Position numbers and translations under genes: made by a program | Origin: Octopus vulgaris | Taxonomy: Eukaryota | DNA: 64,000 nucleotides | NCBI GenBank assembly: GCA_951406725.2 | Contig: OX597819.1 | Location: forward strand, 124,806,001 to 124,870,000 | Direction of reading: 5' to 3' | Notes under the pieces: model-generated | The model's database searches: none | What the model saw: the letters and a program-made list of their open reading frames with translations, nothing else | Told to the model about the DNA's origin: nothing | Shown here: positions 25,556 to 36,720 of the stretch, one piece after another | Position numbering within the stretch: the stretch's first letter is position 1 | Layout: the number at the start of each line of letters is the position of its first letter

Positions 25556-25907
25556 GGATCTTTTCGCTTTGATCGGCAGATCTTAAAAATAATTTCTTTG
25601 TAACTAAACACTTTTAAACTTTGTATACTGGTAGGATGTGTTTATAAAACATCTATGACACCGGAAATAATTGTTGTTGACAATGATCCGGACAAATTGG
25701 ATTCACCTCAATAGACGTCATTGATTGGTTGAAATTGCCGAAATGCAAGAAATTATACAACAAATAGCTTACAAACTACAGAATTTTCTCAATAAAGCCA
25801 AGAGAAAAAGATGCTTTATAAACACATTCTACCAGTATACGAAGTTTAAAAGTGTTTAGTTACGTGGAAATTATTTCAAAAATCTGCCGGTCAAAGTGAA
25901 AAGATCC
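25556..25907. mobile_element. GG-terminal MITE (family E), 8-bp TSD caaagttg
   Basis: ggatcttttcgctttga...tcaaagtgaaaagatcc; TSD at 25548-25555 and 25908-25915. Confidence 0.9.
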
Positions 25908-27144
25908 CAAAGTTGAATTTAGTCAGTAGATAAATAAAAACAGGCGAGTTCAGTCAATGTTGATGATCTGGATTTTACAGAAACTGTTTTTATTTTATTT
26001 TATTTATTATTTTTTTACACCTTATATCTAATTTGCCTTGAGTATAATTTTGGTAGGATGCCAAAAAAATATATATATATATTTATCTTTTTTTATTCTT
26101 TTTATATCCATTTTGCTACCAATGATTTGGTTTTGTGGTCTTTTGTGCCAGTTTAAAATTACATGAAAAAGGTATTAAAGTATTTCTTTTGGCAGCTGAA
26201 CATCAAAGCTTGTATATAACATACCTGGTCTGTTTGACAATGAAAATTCAAGATCATAAAACAGGACTTTTATATACTCAAAGGCATTATTGTACCAAAC
26301 TATAGATCTTGTTTATAGAGTTTTCTTGCCTTGAATGGGATATTGAAGTAAAACCACATTTATGCTTGCCATTTTTATAATTTTTTCTGCATAACTGCAT
26401 AATATAACTTATTTCTATTTTTGTAAATTATGCAGGTTAAAATTATGTTGTATTACTGAAAAAAATATCAATATTAGATGTTACTTTACTTTATAAAAAA
26501 ATATGATAATCTTTATTACTCACCCCAAATAATGATAGATTTTTATCTTGCAATTCTTCATTTCACTCAAATCATTCCATTTCTTCAGAAGTAGGCATGC
26601 TATTTTATCATGGTATATATACCTTCTTATACACAAATGACACTTGCCTCCTATCACCCACTGCCACAAAGTTTGATTTTCAATATTCCTATCAACAAGC
26701 CACTTTGCAATGTTCAGTTTTACTAGTCAGATAATATGATGTTACCGAGTGTAGGTATGCTCATGGTGATCCAAACTTGCAACACAGTTTTAAAAAATAG
26801 TTGTTATATTTCTTATAATGTGTTCCTTGAGAAAGCTATAAATATTGTACAATCTCATTTTCCTTTAAGCCAAAATCTTAAGTATTTTACCTATGAAACA
26901 AATTGAATATTCTTGAGAAATTCAAGAGTTACTTTCTAGTTTAACAATAAAATAGCAATGGAAATGAGTTAGGTAAACATTTTTAGCTATTCTGAGTATA
27001 AAGTCCATTGGATATAGATATAAGCAATTAGTGGCTTGTTTCAAAACATTTTATTTTATCTGGAATTATCTGATGTTTGTTCAGATTAAATAATTCTTAA
27101 CTTTCCTCTTTTTCTTTTAGAAATAAAATTCTTAAAACTATTTT

Positions 27145-27740
27145 GTAATTACAGCTTGAATTCTATGAGGTATGGACTCGTACAAAGTTTGAATTGTTTC
27201 CAAAGAAATTTTTGTCCATTTTTCAGCTAAAACAGTTTCCAGTTCTTGTAATGATGATTGTTGAGGATATCGACTCCTTACTTGTTTTTCTAAAATGCAC
27301 CAGAAATGTTCAATAATATTGAGATCTGGGGACTGTGGTGGCCAGATAAGATGTTCAACTTCACTAAAATGTTCCTCATACTATTCAGTAACAACTTTAG
27401 CTGTGTGAATTGGTGCATTGTCATCCTAAAAGATTGCGTTTCCCTCTGGAAGCAGTTCCACAACTATAGGATAAATTTGATCAGATAAAATGCTTAAATA
27501 GTCTTGACTATTAATTTTGCCATGAAGGGAAACCATAGGGTCAGCAGATTTCCAAGATATAGCCCCCTCCCCCTTCATCACAGATCCTCCTCCATGTTTA
27601 ACAGTTGGAAGAAGGTAGTCTGGGTCAAATGCTTCTTTTGGCTGTCTCTACATGTATACTTGGCCAGTGGTCGGAAATAAGGTAAAGGATGACTCATCCA
27701 AGAAAGTAACATTCTTTCACTGCTCTAGGGACCAATTCTT
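27145..27740 (-). mobile_element. Tc1/mariner transposase remnant
   Basis: DESSFTLFPT, FDPD.LLPTVKHGGGSVM, DDNAPIHTAK, WPPQSPDLNIIE; same family as 57423. Confidence 0.85.
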
Positions 27741-27917
27741 ATTTCTTTATAGCCCACAAGGGGCTAAATATAGAGGGGACAAACAAGAACAGACAAAGAG
27801 ATTAAGTCGATTACTTCGACCCCAGTGTGTAAGTGGTACTTATTTAATTGACCTCGAAAGGATGAAAGGCTAAGTCGACCTCGGCGGAATTTGAACTCAG
27901 AACGTAGTGGCAGACGT
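27741..27917 (-). mobile_element. SINE family A, partial
   Basis: Reverse complement of the SINE A core. Confidence 0.8.
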
Positions 27918-29765
27918 GAGTGTAGTGAGTGCTTTTTACGTGCCAAGGGAGGCTGGCAGTGGCCACGATCGATTGGTGCTTTTTACGTGCCACCGGCACA
28001 GAAGCCAGTCAAGGCGGCACTGGCAATGGCCACGTTCAAATGGTGCTTTTTATGTCACCAGCACAGGTATCACAACTACAATTTCCATTTGAATTTTTAT
28101 TTTGATGTTGATGTACTTGACTTGCAAACAGCCACGATCGGATTGTGCTTTTTACGTGCCACCGCCACGGGGGCAAGACGAGGCTGGCAACAGCCACAAT
28201 CGAATGTTGCTTTTTACGTGCCACTGGCATGGAGGCCAGTCGGGGCACCGCTGGCAACGGCCACGTCCGGATGGGTCTCTTACGTGTCACCGGCACTGGT
28301 ATCACAGCTACAATTTCCATTGATGTTGATCGATTTCGATTTCGATTCTGATTCTCACTTGCCTCAACAGGTCTTCACAAGTAGAGTTTTGTGTCCCAAG
28401 GAGGGAAGGTATGCATAAGTGGGCTGGCTACGTCCCAGGTAGAGGCCACGGGTTATGGTCTCACTTGTCCTGCCGGGTCTTCCCACGCACAGCATACTTC
28501 CAAAGGTCTCGGTCTCTGGTCATTTCCTCGGTGAGACCTAAAGTTCGAAGGTCGTGCTTCACCACCTCGTCCCAGGTGTTCCTGGGTCTGCCTCAACCGC
28601 TAGGGTGTGGCACTTTTTCACACAACTATCTTCATCCATTCTCGCTACTTGACCATACCAGCGCAAACGTCTCTCTTGCACACCACAACTGATGCTTCTT
28701 AGGTCCAACTTTTCTCTCAAGGTACTTACACTCTGTCGAGTATGAACACTGACATTACACATCCATTGGAGCATACTGGCTTCATTTCTTGCGAGCTTAC
28801 GCATATCCTCAGCAGTCACGGCCCATGTTTCACTGCCATGTAGCATGGCTGTTCGTACACATGCATCATACAGTCTGCCTTTTATTCTGAGCGAGAGGCC
28901 TTTTGTCACCAGCAGAGGTAAGAGCTCTCTGAACTTTGCCCAGGCTATTCTTACTCTAGCCGTTACACTTTCAGCACACCCGCCCCCGCTACTGAGTTGG
29001 TCACTTAGATAACGGAAGCTATCAACAATTTCTAGTTTTTCTCCCTGGAACGTGGTAGAAGTTGGTCTCAGAGCATTTTCAGTGTTTATTGCTCCTGAGC
29101 ATCTGCCACATACAAAATCTATTTTCCTAGTTAGCCTTCCTTTGACTTTGCTGCATCTCTTATGTGTCCATAGCTTACACTTGGTGCATCTTATAGAGTT
29201 TCTACCTACACCTTTTCTACAGATCGAGCAGGGCCATCTATCTGAAGGCATTTGTGATTTGCCTGCCTTCCTACATATTAGGACTTTGGTTTTAGCTAGG
29301 TTGATTCTAAGGCCCTTCGATTCTAATCCTTGTCTCCACACTTGAAACTTTGCCTCTAGTTCTGATAGTGACTCAGCAATTAGAGCAAGGTCATCAGCGT
29401 AGAGGAGCTCCTAGGGGTATCCTGTCTTGAATTCCTCCGTTATTGCCTGGAGGACTATGATAAATAGGAGGGGGCTGAGGACTGAACCTTGGTGGACCCC
29501 TACCTCTACCCTGAATTCTTTAGTGTACTCGTTGCCAACTCTCACCTTACTTACAGCGTCTCTGTACATGGCTTGCACAGTTCTCACTAACCATTCATCT
29601 ATCCCTAGTTTCCTCATTGACCACCAGATAAGGGATCGGGGGACCCTGTCAAAGGCCTTCTCCATGTCAACGAAAGCCAGGTACAGGGGCTTATCTTTGG
29701 CTAGGTATTTCTCCTGCAGCTGTCTCATCAGAAATATGGCATCAGTGGTGCTTTTCCCTGGCACA
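27918..29765 (-). mobile_element. Young 5'-truncated RTE LINE: RT with PHD insertion, 3' UTR repeats
   Basis: AFVDMEKAFDRV, GVHQGSVLSPLLF, P*ELLYADD (one in-frame TAG joins ORFs 29411-29794 and 28559-29341), RLRWYGQV. Confidence 0.95.
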
Positions 29766-30662
29766 AAAATTAATAAATAAGTATACCAATACACTGTAGT
29801 GTCTTTGTGCTTTTAGAGTTCAATATTAGTCTATGGAAAAACTTCTTTGGAGGATTAGGATGCATGTGTTTTAAATGTAGTGTTTTGTTTGAAAAGGTTG
29901 GATGTTTATGTGTCAAAACAAGAAATGGCGTAGGAGTTATCCAGTTCCTGTGAATAAAGGGAGACAATTCTGTCAAGACCAACTTCTCTTGTTCCTCCGA
30001 GATGAAATTAAGATCCTTTTAGTGGCTAGATGATCTGTTATTGTATTTGGGAATAAGTTTTGGGTTAGAGAGGATAGTTATGATGGTTTTGATATTCCTA
30101 TGGGGGGTTGGGGATTCAGCTGAGGTTACAGATATTGTAGGTATTTACATCCTGTTTATGTTAGGGCATGATTTTCCAGAGATCACTGATGTTAGGAAGG
30201 GCATCCAGTTGTAGAAACCATGCCATATCAGACTGGAGCCTGGTGTAACCCCTCAGCTTACCAGCCATGGTCAAACCATCCAACCCACGCCAGCATGGAC
30301 AACAGACATTAAATGATGATGACGATGTATTGAACTAATTGTGGTAAAGCATCCTTGTATTTACTTCACTCCGAACCTCTAAATAGGGAACTTGGACCAG
30401 GTAGCAAACAGAGGGGCAAATCTCACCCAGAAATGGTTTGGAAGGAAGTTGTCTCTGAAAGGCAAGACTGAGGAGTCCAAGAGATACATTGCTTTAGTGT
30501 TGTGCTACTGCCCAAAGCCCATGCATGTCCTAAAGAACATCTGATCAAATTGGAAAGCTTATCTTTTGCTTTTTTGCAGACGAGCCAGAGGAACCATTGG
30601 TCAGTGTCCATTAGTTGTTAACACACACTCCGTAAAGTAACAGATAGTCTTCTTGCTGATGT

Positions 30663-31310
30663 CATCATCATCATCATCGTTTAACATCCGTTTTCCATGC
30701 TAGCATGGGTTGGACCGTTCGACCGGGGTCTGGTAAGCCAGGAGGCTGCACCAGACTCCAGTCTGATCTGGCAGTGTTTCTACAGCTGGATGCCCTTCCT
30801 AACGCCAACCACTCCGTGAGTGTAGTGGGTGCTTTTTACGTGCCACCAGCACAGGTGCCAGGGGAGGCTGGCAGTGGCCATGATCGGTTGGTGCTTTTTA
30901 CGTGCCACCGGCACAGAAGCTAGTCAAGGCGGGCTGACATCGGCCACGTTTGGATGGTGCTTTTTACGTGCCACTGGCACAGGTATCACAACTACAATTT
31001 CCATGTGCCAGCCTCGTCTGGCCGTTCGCCAGCCTCGTCTGGCACCTGTGTTGGTGGCACATAAAAAGCACCCACTACACTAACGGAGTGGTTGGCATTA
31101 GGAAGGGCATCCAGCTGTGGAAACACTGCCAGATCTGACTGGCCTGGTGCAGCCTTCTGGCTTTCCAGACCCCAGTTGAACCGTCCAACCCATGCTAGCA
31201 TGGAAAACGGACGTTAAATGATGATGATGATGATGATGATGTACTTGACTCAATAGGTCTCAATAGGTTAATGTACTTGACTCAGTAGGTTTCCTCAAGC
31301 ACAGCAGGTC
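30663..31310. mobile_element. Family C RTE tail (-) with an inverted family C copy (+, about 31004-31240) inserted
   Basis: Host sequence resumes after the insert at gatgtacttgactcaataggtct. Confidence 0.8.
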
Positions 31311-31533
31311 ATTGGCACAATTTTCTTACAGTAAAGCTTATGCTGCATTTATTTGTAATGAAGGTTTTTTTTTCCTCAGCTTGTAACAATGAGAAAGTTG
31401 CAGTCTTAGAAAGTTGCCTTGACTGAGACTGGCAATGTGGAATAGTTCAAACACATAGAATGGTCCACTGGCACAATCGTGCAGTTAGTAGCAGAAATGA
31501 GCCAGCAGAATTAGGGGATGACATAAACTTGTC

Positions 31534-31781
31534 AATATATTTAATAAGAAATGAAAATTTAAGCATGACAGCTAAAATATATTTAATAATGATCCGTTCC
31601 AGAATAAATGATGATCCGTTCCAGAATCTGTTGATAGGTGTGAGATATGTTTACAGTCTATAATTTTAATTGGTCTGAGTATTTTTGTTTTAATTTTCAT
31701 TTCTTATTAAATATATTTTAGCTTTCACGCTTAAATTTTCCTTTCTTATTAAATATATTTGAGCTGTCTCGAAATTGTTGT
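31534..31781. mobile_element. Foldback-type repeat with aaatatatttaataagaaatgaaaat subunits; inverted paralog at about 35213-35845
   Basis: Shared gatccgttccagaatctgttga...gagatatgtttacagtcta core. Confidence 0.7.
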
Positions 31782-32188
31782 AAACTGACATATTTTGACA
31801 AGTTCTGGTGCACCCGAGCACTGTATACAACAATTTCATTATTATTATTATTATAATTGACAAAAAGCTTGGAGTGTTAGAAGGCTCTTACAAAGGGCTT
31901 TCACATTGAAGATTATAAGCAACTTCCAGAATATTATGGCTGTTCCAGACAAGATGTACAAGTATAGCAGTTTGAACTGCAGCCCTATCTAAGATGTAGC
32001 TGAGGTATACCTGCTCTCATCAATTGACTCTTCCCTGTGGGCCTACATCAAACAGCTACTGCATCATGTAGGATGAATACAATGCCAAGTATCTCCATGG
32101 TAAAATTAATGGTGTTTTCCTGTAACAAGAAGGTGGCTATGACAAAAAGAGTGGTGGATGGCACAAAATGGTTGAGAACTCTTTCTCT

Positions 32189-33234
32189 TTCTCTTTTACT
32201 TGTTTCAGTCATTTGACTGTGGCCATGCTGGAGCACCGCCTTTAGTCGAGCAAATCAACATCAGGACTTATTCTTTGTAAGCCTAGTACTTATTCTATCG
32301 GTCTCTTTTGACTGTGGCCATGCTGGAGCACCACCTTTAGTCGAGCAAATCAACCCCAGGACTTATTCTTTGTTAGCCCAGTACTTATTCTATCGGTCTC
32401 TTTTGACTGTGGCCATGCTGGAGCACCGCCTTCAGTCGAGCAAATCAACCCCAGGACTTATTCTTTGTTAGCCCAGTACTTATTCTATTGGTCTCTTTTG
32501 ACTGTGGCCATGCTGGAGCACCGCCTTCAGTCGAGCAAATCAACCCCAGGACTTATTCTTTGTTAGCCCAGTACTTATTCTATCGGTCTCTTTTGACTGT
32601 GGCCATGCTGGAGCACCGCCTTCAGTCGAGCAAATCAACCCCAGGACTTATTCTTTGTTAGCCCAGTACTTATTCTATCGGTCTCTTTTGACTGTGGCCA
32701 TGCTGGAGCACCACCTTTAGTCGAGCAAATCAACCCCAGGACTTATTCTTTGTTAGCCCAGTACTTATTTTATCGGTCTCTTTTGACTGTGGCCATGCTG
32801 GAGCACCGCCTTCAGTCGAGCAAATCAACCCCAGGACTTATTCTTTGTTAGCCCAGTACTTATTCTATCGGTCTCTTTTGACTGTGGCCATGCTGGAGCA
32901 CCGCCTTTAGTTGAGCAAATCAACCCCAGGACTTATTCTTTGTAAGCCTAGTACTTATTCTATCGGTCTCTTTTACGGGGACGTAAACACACCAGCATCG
33001 GTTGTCAAACGATGTTGGGAGGACAAACACAGACACACAAACACACACATACATATATATGTACATATATACGATGGGCTTCTTTCAGTTTCCATCTGCC
33101 AAATCCACTCACAAGGATTTGGTTGGCCCGAGGCTATAGTAGAAGACACTTACCCAAGGTGCCACGCAGTGGGACTGAACCCAGAACCATGTGGTTGGTA
33201 AGCAAGCTACTTACCGCACTGCCACTCCTCCGCC
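32189..33234 (-). mobile_element. SINE family B (tRNA head plus CORE-like gcaccttgggtaagtgtctt) with amplified 3' segment
   Basis: Head ggcggaggagtggcagtgcggtaagtagc...gggttcagtccc; tail aaacaagtaaaagag. Confidence 0.85.
32215..32974. repeat. Tandem array, 8 x 95 bp, SINE-B derived
   Basis: Unit starts gactgtggccatgctggagcacc at 32215, 32310, 32405, 32500, 32595, 32690, 32785, 32880. Confidence 0.95.
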
Positions 33235-33482
33235 TATAACTGTTCTTTTCTTTTCCAATAAAGTAAAAGAAGATAAGAGTAGAAAGTAAGCTTTATGAAA
33301 GGAGGATGAAAATTGCAAGTGTTTGATGGAATGAGATCAATGTTTAAGATTTGTTTGCAGAGGGAGTGTTTTAGATTTCTTTACAGGGGTGTTTTGCCTT
33401 AGTGGATGGGCGGGTGGGGGAAGAATCAGGTTCAATGTTGAGTATCTTGATTTATTCTACGTAGTTTTCCGTTTTGGATTAA

Positions 33483-33901
33483 AGATCTTTTCGGTTTGAA
33501 AGGCAGTTTTTTTCTAGCGGTGTCATATGAAATTGTCACCCATAATTATGATCCTAGTATCGATCTATTGCATTTCAATCTGTTTTAGGGTTAGGGTTAG
33601 GGGTGGGGGAAGGGTATCTTTTTTTCTTCAGAAATGTAAATAAACCCAATCTGTTTATTAAACGAGGGACATATTCATACGGTACAGAATGTTGTCACCT
33701 CAATAGACGTCATTGATTGGTTGAAATTGCAGAAATTGAAGAAAAAAACCCCAACAAATATCTTACAAACTATAGAACTTTCTCAATAAAGCCAAGAGAA
33801 AAAGATGTTTTATAAACACATTCTACCAGTATACGAAGTTTAAAAGTGTTTAGTTACGTGGAAATTATTTTAAAAAACTGCCGTTCAAACCGAAAAGATC
33901 C
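33483..33901. mobile_element. GG-terminal MITE (family E) just upstream of TSN; no TSD detected
   Basis: gatcttttcggtttgaa...ttcaaaccgaaaagatcc; nearly identical to 62344-62772; contains (TTAGGG)3. Confidence 0.9.
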
Positions 33902-34022
33902 GAAAATATTATCACTATAATACCCATCACCACCCTCTTCTCGAGTAACGGGTCTCTGACAATACGAATCTAAAAGTTCAGCTCCGCATGTTCCCAGCAT
34001 TCGTCTTCTCTTAGGAAACAGA

Positions 34023-34100
34023 ATGGCTCAGGAATCCGATTTGACGCTTATGTTTGCTTCTTTCCAAAAATATTTGGATTCTGAACGGGAAATTCGAGAG
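34023..34100 (+). CDS. TSN: Translin exon 1
   Basis: ATG GCT CAG...CGA GAG|gtaaac; MAQESDLTLMFASFQKYLDSEREIRE, matching translin F..FQ..L..EQDIRE. Confidence 0.9.
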
Positions 34101-34329
34101 GTAAACGGAAATTAACAAAAATGATTCTTTGTTTCTCTTTTGTATGCATCAGTTGTGTCTGACATGTATTTCTCTCTGTCTCTTCACCGTTTTTATTCCC
34201 AAACACGGCCCCAGGAGGAACAATGATGTACTAAATGCATTTAGAAAGTAGTAGGATTTATTTATTCATTCGAAGCTGATTTTACGAATTTCTTACTATA
34301 TACTATCCTTCAAGTAAGATAGTCTTTTT

Positions 34330-34933
34330 GGGTACTACTAGCGAACAGTGGTCCCGGTGCACGCACTCGCGCATCCGCGCTTGCTAGACGTAAGTAGTCG
34401 ATCCTACAGCGACTTTTTAACCCTAACCCTAAATCTAACCCTTACCCTAATCCTAAACCTAATTTTTTAACCCTAACCCTAACCTTAGTTTATTTATAAA
34501 AATAATTTATTTACTTAGAGACAGAGAAACAGTGGTCCCGGTGCGCGCACTCGCGCTAGCTAGACGTAAGCAGTCGATCCTACAGCGACTTTTTAGCCCT
34601 AACCCTAAATCTAACCCTTACCCTAATCCTAAACCTAATTTGGTACTTGTCTATTGTCGTGGTCCCGGTTTCGCGCGCGCGAATTCGCGTGTGCGAAACC
34701 GGGACCACGACAATAGACAAGTACCAATAATTTATTTACTTAGTTGTTTAAAAAATTATTTACTTTTGCGTTTTATTTACTTTGTTCGAAAAATATTATT
34801 TAATTTTCTTTGTTATGTATTCAGCCTTGAAATACAAACATACGCACAAGTCGTTGTAGGATCGACTACTTACGTCTAACTAGCGTGGATGCGCGAGTGC
34901 GCGCACCGTGACCACTGTTCGCTAGTAGTACCC
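34330..34933. mobile_element. CpG-rich MITE (family F), about 85-bp TIRs, 8-bp TSD gtcttttt, in TSN intron 1
   Basis: gggtactactagcgaacagtggtc...gaccactgttcgctagtagtaccc; TSD at 34322-34329 and 34934-34941; CCCTAA-like arrays. Confidence 0.92.
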
Positions 34934-35244
34934 GTCTTTTTGTTTGCTTAAGTAACAATGGCGTGAATGATCAGCTTCGAACGAATGTGAAAATGACCAA
35001 GTTCTAAAAAGTGTACATGTTTTATATATATTATATATGAAAATAAAAATTGCTTCTGTATATTTTGGCACTCGATGTAATTAATGTATTTTTACAGCCC
35101 TCTCCTACAGAAAACAAAAAAAAGACACTTTTTCATTGAAGCGTGACAGCTTGACCGAGACGAGAGTTGCTAGCTTAAGGCTACGGATTAATGCAAACGG
35201 ACAAATCAAAAACAACAATTTCGAGACAGCTAAAATATATTTAA

Positions 35245-35639
35245 CTAGCAGTTTCGACCGGCGTTGCTCGGGTTTGTAAGGGAAATAACTATATAAGCAT
35301 TTTTAGAGAGTTATAGCCAAAAAATAGCAAAAAAATGCATTAAAAATGGGAAAAAAATGATGGTAATTTTTTTTTAAATCGTTGAGTCATCGTAGACATT
35401 TTTAGAGTTACTTCCCTTATATAATAGCGAAAAAATGCATTAAAATGGAAAAAAATGATCGTAAATTTTTTTTTAAATCGTAGACTCATCGTAGACGCGC
35501 GCTAATACCCAGAGGGGCTCGATATGAATCACGACTATAAGATACCCGGTTTTGGTTAAACTGCACTGCAAAATGTGGGAGTAGTTAGGAATTTAAATCG
35601 TAGGAGACAGACACACAACTTGACTTTTATATATAAAGA
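35245..35639 (-). mobile_element. Non-autonomous Helitron
   Basis: Minus strand starts TCTTTATATATAAA and ends cccgagcaacgccgg...CTAG with a subterminal GC-rich hairpin-like segment; inserted at A|T with no TSD. Confidence 0.85.
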
Positions 35640-36720
35640 TAAGAAATGAAAATTCAAACGCGAAAGCTAAAATATATCTAATAAGAAATGAAAATTAAAA
35701 CAAAAATACTCAGACCAATTAAAATTATAGACTGTAAACATATCTCACACCAATCAACAGATTCTGGAACGGATCATCATTTATTATTAAATATATTTTA
35801 GCTGTCACGCTTAAATTTTCATTTCTTATTAAATATATTTTAGTTTTTAGGAGATGTACTTGCATAGCATGTGACCTGATCTGAGTTCTTGTACTGAAAC
35901 AAAAACAATTGCAGCGTGGAAAGTGTTTATAAAACATTTAAAAACACGCAAAAACTGTTAGATTCACTTCAACATTTAAATTTAATTTGCTAAAATATTG
36001 TTGTCGCTTTGAAACCCCGACCTGTTCACTAACAAAATTCCGTGCTGCATATCTTTTAGCTGTTACGCTTACACGAAAATTCGCCAAAAACAAAACCAAA
36101 AGAAGCCTTGAATTATTTATTATTGAGATTATTGCATATATTTTTAAAATAGACAATATGAAAACAAAAGGCGTCTTTGTTACCTTATACACCATGAGGG
36201 AGCAGCTACATGATCGTTCGACCTGCTAGAAAACGCAGCTAAATCCCCCCCCCCCCCGACATATTAGCTGGGTTCTCTACTTTTTTTTTTTTTACCGAAA
36301 AGATTTCTCAGATCTTTACCTTTTGACCGGCAGATTTAGAAAATAATTTTTTGTAACTAAACACTTCTGCAGGCTACCTCTTAGACAAATGGCAAGAATC
36401 TCCTCTTTGTGGCTGGGGACTTCTGTGGGCATGTTGGCCAGCAGCCTAGTATTTTCAGTAGTGTACATGGGGTTCATGGAATTCATTCACGAAATGAAGA
36501 GAGAACAAGACACCTGGAGTTCTGTGATGCAAATAATCTATCGATCTGCAACACCAACTTCAGGAAGCCAGCCAGCCAGTCACCTGATAACCCAGAAATC
36601 AGGTGTCTGAGCTAGCCAGATCAATTACATTCTCATCAGGCAGTGGGATGCATGGTTGCTCTTAAATACAAAGACCCTCCCTGGTGAAGAATGTATCCTC
36701 CTGCATAGACTAGTCATTAA

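Noticed and set aside
32215-32974. CRISPR-like regular array
   Set aside because: Units are contiguous with no unique spacers, derive from SINE B, and no cas genes are present; eukaryotic context
33586-33603. Telomere or chromosome fusion site
   Set aside because: Only about 3 TTAGGG units, internal to a dispersed MITE
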